Below, piece after piece: positions 57,780 to 64,000 of a stretch of 64,000 nucleotides of DNA (position 1 is the stretch's first letter; each line of letters begins with the position of its first letter). Both the position numbers and the translations under genes were made by a program. The stretch is from Schizosaccharomyces osmophilus (lineage: Eukaryota), in the NCBI RefSeq assembly GCF_027921745.1, contig NC_079240.1:868001-932000 (forward strand), read 5' to 3'. The notes under the pieces are model-generated. The model was not told the origin of the DNA. It made no database searches and saw nothing but the letters and a program-made list of their open reading frames with translations.

Positions 57780-58358
57780 GCAATAGAGAAAGAAAGAAGG
57801 GAAACTTCAAATTGAAGCTAAGTTTTCTGCTTTGTACATGTCCGTCTTCAAGCTAGAAACATCCAAATTTCGCTGCTCCAACACGTTAAGGAATTTAATT
57901 ATCTAGAGAAACCGAAGGAACTCAAACATCTCAAACTCATTCATACCATATAGTTTAGAGCAAAACAAACAAACAGACAAACTCTTCAACTATGAATTTT
58001 CAACACTCGTCCCTGAATTCACTTAAAGAAGCCTATTTTTAAACCTTTTATTAGAAAAATATTCAATATTTTCAACTGCCAGCAATTTCCTATACCAAAG
58101 ACTTGATACAATCTTCAATCAAAAGATGCATTTTCCATTGCTAAAGTTACAAGAGCAAATAATAAACAACAGATGTAAAATTCTTCTTAGCAGGTTAATT
58201 TAGCGACAGCAGATACTTCCTCTCTCAAACAAAATATAGAGTACTCTCCGATTCATTACTTTCTACCACTGGAAGAAGATTCCCTTTTTGCAAAACAAAA
58301 TTAAATCCCTTCATCCGCTCCCTTCGAGTTATAAGCTTAAAATCAAACTCCAGAAAGT

Positions 58359-58909
58359 ATGAATGAAGAAAAGAGAGGACTTTGCTTGAACATTCGGTAT
58401 TTGAAGAGTATGTCAATAAGTTTTGAGATTATGACTTCTTTGCGGAAGTCACTAACAAGCTTTACTTTGTAGATGTTTTAAGAAAGGCACGAAAGATGGA
58501 TGATACAATACAATTATCTCTTAATTCTGCTAAATGGGAATCACCGAGCCAAGCCAGAGAATCTCAAGAGCAACGATGCAATCGAGTCAAGCAAGAGTTA
58601 TTTCGAGGCTGGCTTAGTAGAGATAATTTCTTGAAGGAGTGCATTTCAGTTACCGAAGAGGAATTATCCAAAGGTACTCCGTCATCAAATACTATTCCAA
58701 TCTCCGAAAAACCACTGGTTTCTGAACGCTTGGACCCTTATGCTAAAGAACAAGAAATAAAAATAACACCACCAGAGGAGGTTAAAATGACGCTTAAGTC
58801 TGAGCAGACTGTTGAAAATATTATACGAGACCAGACTTGGGAAACACTTACGAATGCTTGCCCGGGAATGTTTGGCAACTGGGAAGCGGACTATAATAAA
58901 GCCAAATAA
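58359..58909 (+). CDS. cid2: Cid2/Mix23 family protein (about 161 aa, 2 exons)
   Basis: Exons 58359-58407 and 58473-58909 (GTATGT..CTAAC..TAG). Motifs LRKARKMDDTI..SLN, W.SRD.FL.EC, ERLDPY and E..VE.IIRD.TW. Confidence 0.87.
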
Positions 58910-59253
58910 TAATATCATCGAGCTTTTATAAACGAAAACTATGACTCATTTCCGTTAATTCTCTTTCTTTTCTAACTACCAGCGATCGATACTCTTATCC
59001 TTTACAGGTTTATCGTTTGCAGCTTACATCTAAGTTTTATGGTAATAGATAAAAACCCGTATTCTTTAGGTAAAGTAATTTATTGATGAAGTTAAGGTGA
59101 TGGTATCTTGACAGAGACATAACTAAGGTCATTGCTGAAAAATGAATGAGTGGGAGCTCTGAATGTGAAAAGCACTACATCCAAATAAAATCTAAAATTT
59201 TTTCTTCCTATGAGAACTCCAGAATCACCGAGACGGCTTTGTTTAATTCGCAC

Positions 59254-60079
59254 CTACTCATAAGTACTACCTTCAGCAGGTTGAGGTAATTTGCGGTTCG
59301 ATGGAGATGCCATCTCTCTAATCTATGTTAGTACTCCATTTCATTACGATCCACAAATTCGCTTACTTTTTCAACTCCAAAAGAATCGTTTCCATCGTAT
59401 ATTCTCGTTTCCAATGACGAAGACAACCAATTTTGTTCGGATTAATCTTAGATTTAGTTAATAAACATTTTGTATATAAATTGGAAGTAAGCGATTGAAA
59501 CCATGAAACACTCAAAAACGGCTGACGTTTGATATTGTGTCCCAGTATTCCTTCTTCATAGCATCAATTACTCATGGCAATTATGGTTTTCTTTTTTCTT
59601 TACTTACCTCTCCAGTTTCAGCGTCAACGCCAGGTAAATTAATTTTGGAGACAAAAGTTACACGAGGAGGAGCATCCGGATATTTAAAATCACAGTGTAT
59701 TTTTACGCTATAAATTCGATTTTCATGGACGCTCTAAAGTTGAACAGTTAGTACAATCCCATGTTTGAAGTGACAATAAAAAGGCGATGGCTATTTGGCA
59801 CAACAAAAAACCATGCTACATAAAAGTACTGAACTTTCCCTAAAAAGGATAAAAGCATGCTCCCTTTAATTCATTGAAACATACATGAGCAGGTCCTAAT
59901 ATGGTAGCATTCCAATCAGACAAGCTAATGTCATCAGCATTAGTCAATCCATAAGAACAAGAATTGTCTCCGAGACCTTTTTCGCCTTTTTCAAGTTCTT
60001 CTAGAAGTCGAAAATTACGAGGACTATACATAATTGTTAGTTTTGAACGGGATTTCAAAGGTTCTTACACTTTAGCCAT
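59254..60079 (-). CDS. mms2: Ubiquitin-conjugating enzyme variant Mms2 (Spm2), 139 aa, 5 exons
   Basis: Exons 60079-60069, 60023-59885, 59733-59608, 59446-59367 and 59317-59254 give MAKVPRNFRLLEELEKGEKG...HENRIYS...KLPQPAEGSTYE. Confidence 0.93.
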
Positions 60080-60881
60080 AGTTGCAGTGTTTGGTAGATG
60101 ACAAAATGAAGCAATGTACCTGAAGTTTATGCTAGATCAAAGTAATCTTGAGCGATTACTGTTAAAAAATAAACTAAAATGCTATGTTATTTTCAATTAC
60201 TTTGATCTTTATTTATGACTGTGTTGAAAGGCTAAATACGTCAAGAAAAACTACCATGTTTACAAAATAGAGAACCCTCTACGTAACTAGTAGGATGTGC
60301 AATAATATTATTCTTTGTTAAAAAAGTAAAAATTCCAAGACCATCATTGTAAGTAGTCCTTCAAAGCAACGAGAAGATACTCTCTTTTCTGGTTAGACAG
60401 TCTTCCATTGCTAGTTTTTTTCTTTTCTGATGAACAAAGCATCTTAAATAACGTGCGTAGGCTTTTATTTCTTTATATTTGATAAAAAATACCGAATCAA
60501 GCAAGCTAAAAGGCGAAAAAGGGTACATTTGCAATAAATATTGGTATGTGCTTTAACTTTCCTAAATGTTGATGTTAGAGCAACTTCTAATACAGAGAAA
60601 CAAGTCTCTGCATCTGTAGGACTAATTAAATCACCGTATATCCAAGTGTATCGCTTAATGGGCAAATTCGTGTAGAAGAAAATCCGAGTAATAATGTGGA
60701 TTTTTACTTTCCAACAAATTTGTTTCCATTTTTAGATATATAAAAGGCATTAAGCCATTGTTGAAAGAAGCTCGAACTCTCAATCATGTTCATATATCTA
60801 TAAGTAATAGGGTTATACCCATTATCACCTTCTCAGACTCAGATCATTAAAGAGGAGGAAAAACGTTTCAAAAAACATAAC

Positions 60882-61298
60882 TTATTGGATTTCAACAATT
60901 TTCGTGCTAGATTCTGTCTGTTTCTTGTTCATGATGATACTCAGTATACCATCTTTCAAAGAGGCCTGTACCATCCGATCATCAACGAATTGAGGCAAAG
61001 CTATAGTCCGAGAAAAAACACCAAAACATCTTTCACTCCAGCGAATGAGAGGACCAGCTTGAGATTCGTCAGGTTTACGCTCTCCGGAAACAGTTAACTT
61101 TCGACCATCCAAGTCTATGTGCAAGTTGTCTTTTGGAATTCCCGGAACTTCAACGTCGACTTCAACAGTAGTATCCGTTTCCCTTAATTCAAAGGCAGGT
61201 CCCCAGCAAGCAAACCATGCAGACTTTGCCTGTTTCGAGCGGTCATGAAGGTCAAAGATATCATCAAAGATGTGGTCTGTGAACGCGTCGAACAACAT
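60882..61298 (-). CDS. hsp20: Small heat shock protein (Hsp20/alpha-crystallin)
   Basis: Motifs EVPGIPK, LTVSGER, ER.FG.FSRTI.LP and ASLKDGILSI. Confidence 0.92.
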   Translation of the reverse strand: MLFDAFTDHIFDDIFDLHDRSKQAKSAWFACWGPAFELRETDTTVEVDVEVPGIPKDNLHIDLDGRKLTVSGERKPDESQAGPLIRWSERCFGVFSRTIALPQFVDDRMVQASLKDGILSIIMNKKQTESSTKIVEIQ

Positions 61299-61608
61299 TT
61301 CAACAATAATATTCTTGCCAGGAATAACTGGTACCTTATTAGCCTAATTTACGTTTCTCTCAGCGTAAGGAGGGTATGGTTGTAGTAAAGACATTCCAAA
61401 TGTTTCCATGCGCTTTCCAGAATTCAGCGTCGGAAATGTGAGATGGATACACGCTATTCGTATTGGGAGCTTTATAAGCCTAATACTATTATTTAACAAA
61501 ATAGGATCAGTTTGCATTTCTCTCATATTCTTTACTATTTACTGCATACCAATGCTTAACGCTATGTATTTTTTGTTGCAATATGTAACATTCAATTTTC
61601 TTTAAATT

Positions 61609-63838
61609 CTAATCTCTTTTGGTGGTCAGGTATTCTTTTGCTTCTATGATAGACGCATGATCTTGGTCCAAAATTTGGGTTGCCTGCTCCAAATAGTGGT
61701 TCGCAGCTTCTGAGTCGCCCTGGCGACCATACAATTTCGCAGCCAAAAGCAAAGTTGTTGGATTTTCTTTTGAAACTGACAATAATTTATCCATGTACTT
61801 TTGGGCATCCTTTAGCGGGGTATTCGTACTAACTAACTCTTCACCAAGAGGGTCTTCGTCAAACTTCACAGGCGTACCATCCTCTGACTTTGCACGAGCT
61901 TTGTCTGTTTCTTTTATCTTCTCTGCACGCTCATGACGCTTGGAGTTGTCTTTTTTCAGCTTTTTCATTAATTTTTTTCTCTCTTCCTCGTCAAGATTTC
62001 CTTGCAATAACTTTTCATATTCTGCAGGCTTGGGCCCATAGCGAGCAAAAGGATGATCGAAGAGATCTAAATAAATTTGAGTAGCAAGTTGACAAGCTTC
62101 ATAAAAAGCAGAATTATTGAATACGCCGTCTTCCCAAGAGAGCAGATCCAAGTAATTACGAATGGTGTTCTTACGAAAAGCAAAGAAATGAAAATCGAAT
62201 TGGTCATCAGCCCAAGCTTCAAAGATAGAGAAAACAATGTTGAAACGCTTCAATGCCATAGCATATTTCTTTTGACGATAAAACGACTTTGCGTCTTCCA
62301 ACATATACCAAAGGCATTGCATATCAGCAAGGTCACCTACGGAACCGCCGACAGCTTCATTTCTAGTGAATAATCCGACGGTGTTCGCAGCAAGTTCATT
62401 TTCATGATTGCGTAACATGTATTTTGCACACTTGTTGTTCACGAAACGATCTTGTAAATCTAATTTGCGGGAAAAATCCATAGTTTCCATAGCTTCCTGT
62501 AATTTCCCTTGGTGCTTGAAAATTCTTGCCTGTGTCATGTAAAGTTCAACGAGGGTAGGAGTATGTTGAAGTGCTAGAGAAATATAATGTTCAGCTTGAT
62601 TCAACTCGCGTTTATAATCAAAGTGTTGAGCCAAATAATAGTATGTCCAAAGCAGGGAAGTAGGAATTTGCACTTCAGTATCTGCAGTCGAAAACTTTGC
62701 ATGGTCCAACAAAGACGAGGCATAACCGGAAACCAACTTTTCGACTATCTCACATTTAGAAGTATCTTTGTATAAAGACTTGATGTCTACAAATACAGAA
62801 GGAATTCCTCGTTTAAGCTTGGCACGCAAATACAAATCTACTCTCTGAGCGAATAAATCACCAGTTAGCATATCCAAAGGTATTCTTCTGGGACATTCGG
62901 ATCTAGGATAAATCACAGAAATCTTATCATAAAGAGAGAGCCACTTATCGTAGTTAAGTACATTGTGCTTATCATCTTCATAGCCATAAGCTTGTTGCAA
63001 CTTGTGAAAATAATCATGGTTGTCAGAATTGCGATCTAACAATCTGATGAGAGTAGCCTTTGCTTCGTCAAATTTTTCCAAAGTTAACTCGTATTCAACC
63101 TTGATCTCCAAAAATGCAGTAAGATCTAAAATCTTCTTTTCTTCGGAAAGCAAGTGTTCATAAGCAGCATTTGCACCATCTTTCTTCAAAATAACCAAGT
63201 TGATAAAAAGTTGAGACTCGGACTCTTCTTGTGGATCAACGGGAATTCCCTGACTGATAGTAGTCTCAAAGGCGTCCAAAATTTTGAACGAACTAGCGAA
63301 TTCGCCTCGAAGATATTGGGCTACAGCCAAGGCGCTCCAATTACCACGGACACCGGGGTTGGTTTGTAAGAGAGAGTTTCTTGTATCAGCCAAAGGCTTG
63401 AATTGACGAAGTTGACTCTGCAAAAGGGCAAGGTCGCGCAAAAGACTAGTATTCCCCCTTTCCAGCTTTTGGGCATTAATGTAGCATTTAGCTGCTTGTA
63501 CATAATCTTTATCTGCTTTGCAAACAAGACCATAAATATGCCAACAAACACCGGAAGCAACATCGTGACGAAGACCGCAACGAACGTTTTCATAACCTTC
63601 TTTGATTTGTCCTAACGAATGAAGAAGAATACCTTTAAGGGCGATTGATTCACCATGTTCAGGATGCTTTTCGATTACAGACTCAATAGCCTTGAGACCC
63701 TTTTTGTATTGTCTAGTCTCGTAGCATTTCTACGAACGTTAGCAATGTTTCTCAAAATAAAAATTTTTTGGCAAGTAAACTTACTAAAGCCGTACGAAAT
63801 TGAGTAATATCCTTTGGACTCAGTTGTACTTTGGCCAT
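61609..63838 (-). CDS. naa15: NatA N-acetyltransferase auxiliary subunit Naa15/Nat1 (about 724 aa, 2 exons)
   Basis: Exons 63838-63785 and 63729-61609. Motifs [53 protein letters not shown] and DQFDFH. Confidence 0.94.
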
Positions 63839-64000
63839 TCCAGGGTACTTGTTGAGGACAGAGGTGGTGTCTCAGAAGCGGTTCCCGCAGAATCATTCGT
63901 ATGCTCAAGTTTTCACCCAAAGGTCTAGCCATTCCTGTAAGCTTATGTAAAGAAAAAAAATGAATATTTTCCTTTATTTTTAATTCCATCTTCAAGAAGC

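Overview
This is a gene-dense eukaryotic window from a fission yeast. The genus is Schizosaccharomyces, and it is probably not S. pombe; the divergence suggests the octosporus/cryophilus/osmophilus clade, but the species cannot be fixed from the window. Gene order largely matches my recollection of S. pombe chromosome III (cosmids c61-c622-c1281-c338): ima1 (5' part), yip1, NAD(P)HX dehydratase, spt3, str2, jmj4, rpl6, apn1, epe1, a Pro-rich orphan, Arf-GAP, tti1, gdh1, an LMBR1-like gene, sec5, htb1/hta1, tRNA-Arg(UCG), omega GST, ole1, rsc7, emc4, spf30, ags1, an SDR, a small orphan ORF, cid2, mms2, hsp20 and naa15. I reconstructed intron-exon structures by hand. The most notable observations are: (1) an internally deleted 5S rRNA pseudogene at 17170-17251; (2) the adjacent Pro-rich 'orphan' protein shows, by eye, several ordered motifs resembling fungal Barentsz/CASC3 proteins; (3) the site where S. 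pombe carries wtf meiotic drivers is empty here; (4) MCB-like repeats sit beside the histone AACCCT box; (5) the omega GST has a candidate dual-AUG mitochondrial isoform; (6) about 1 kb upstream of ags1 contains no AUG; (7) a 16-bp-arm palindrome holds two forkhead (FLEX) cores upstream of an orphan ORF. Orthology and synteny statements come from recall and need database confirmation.
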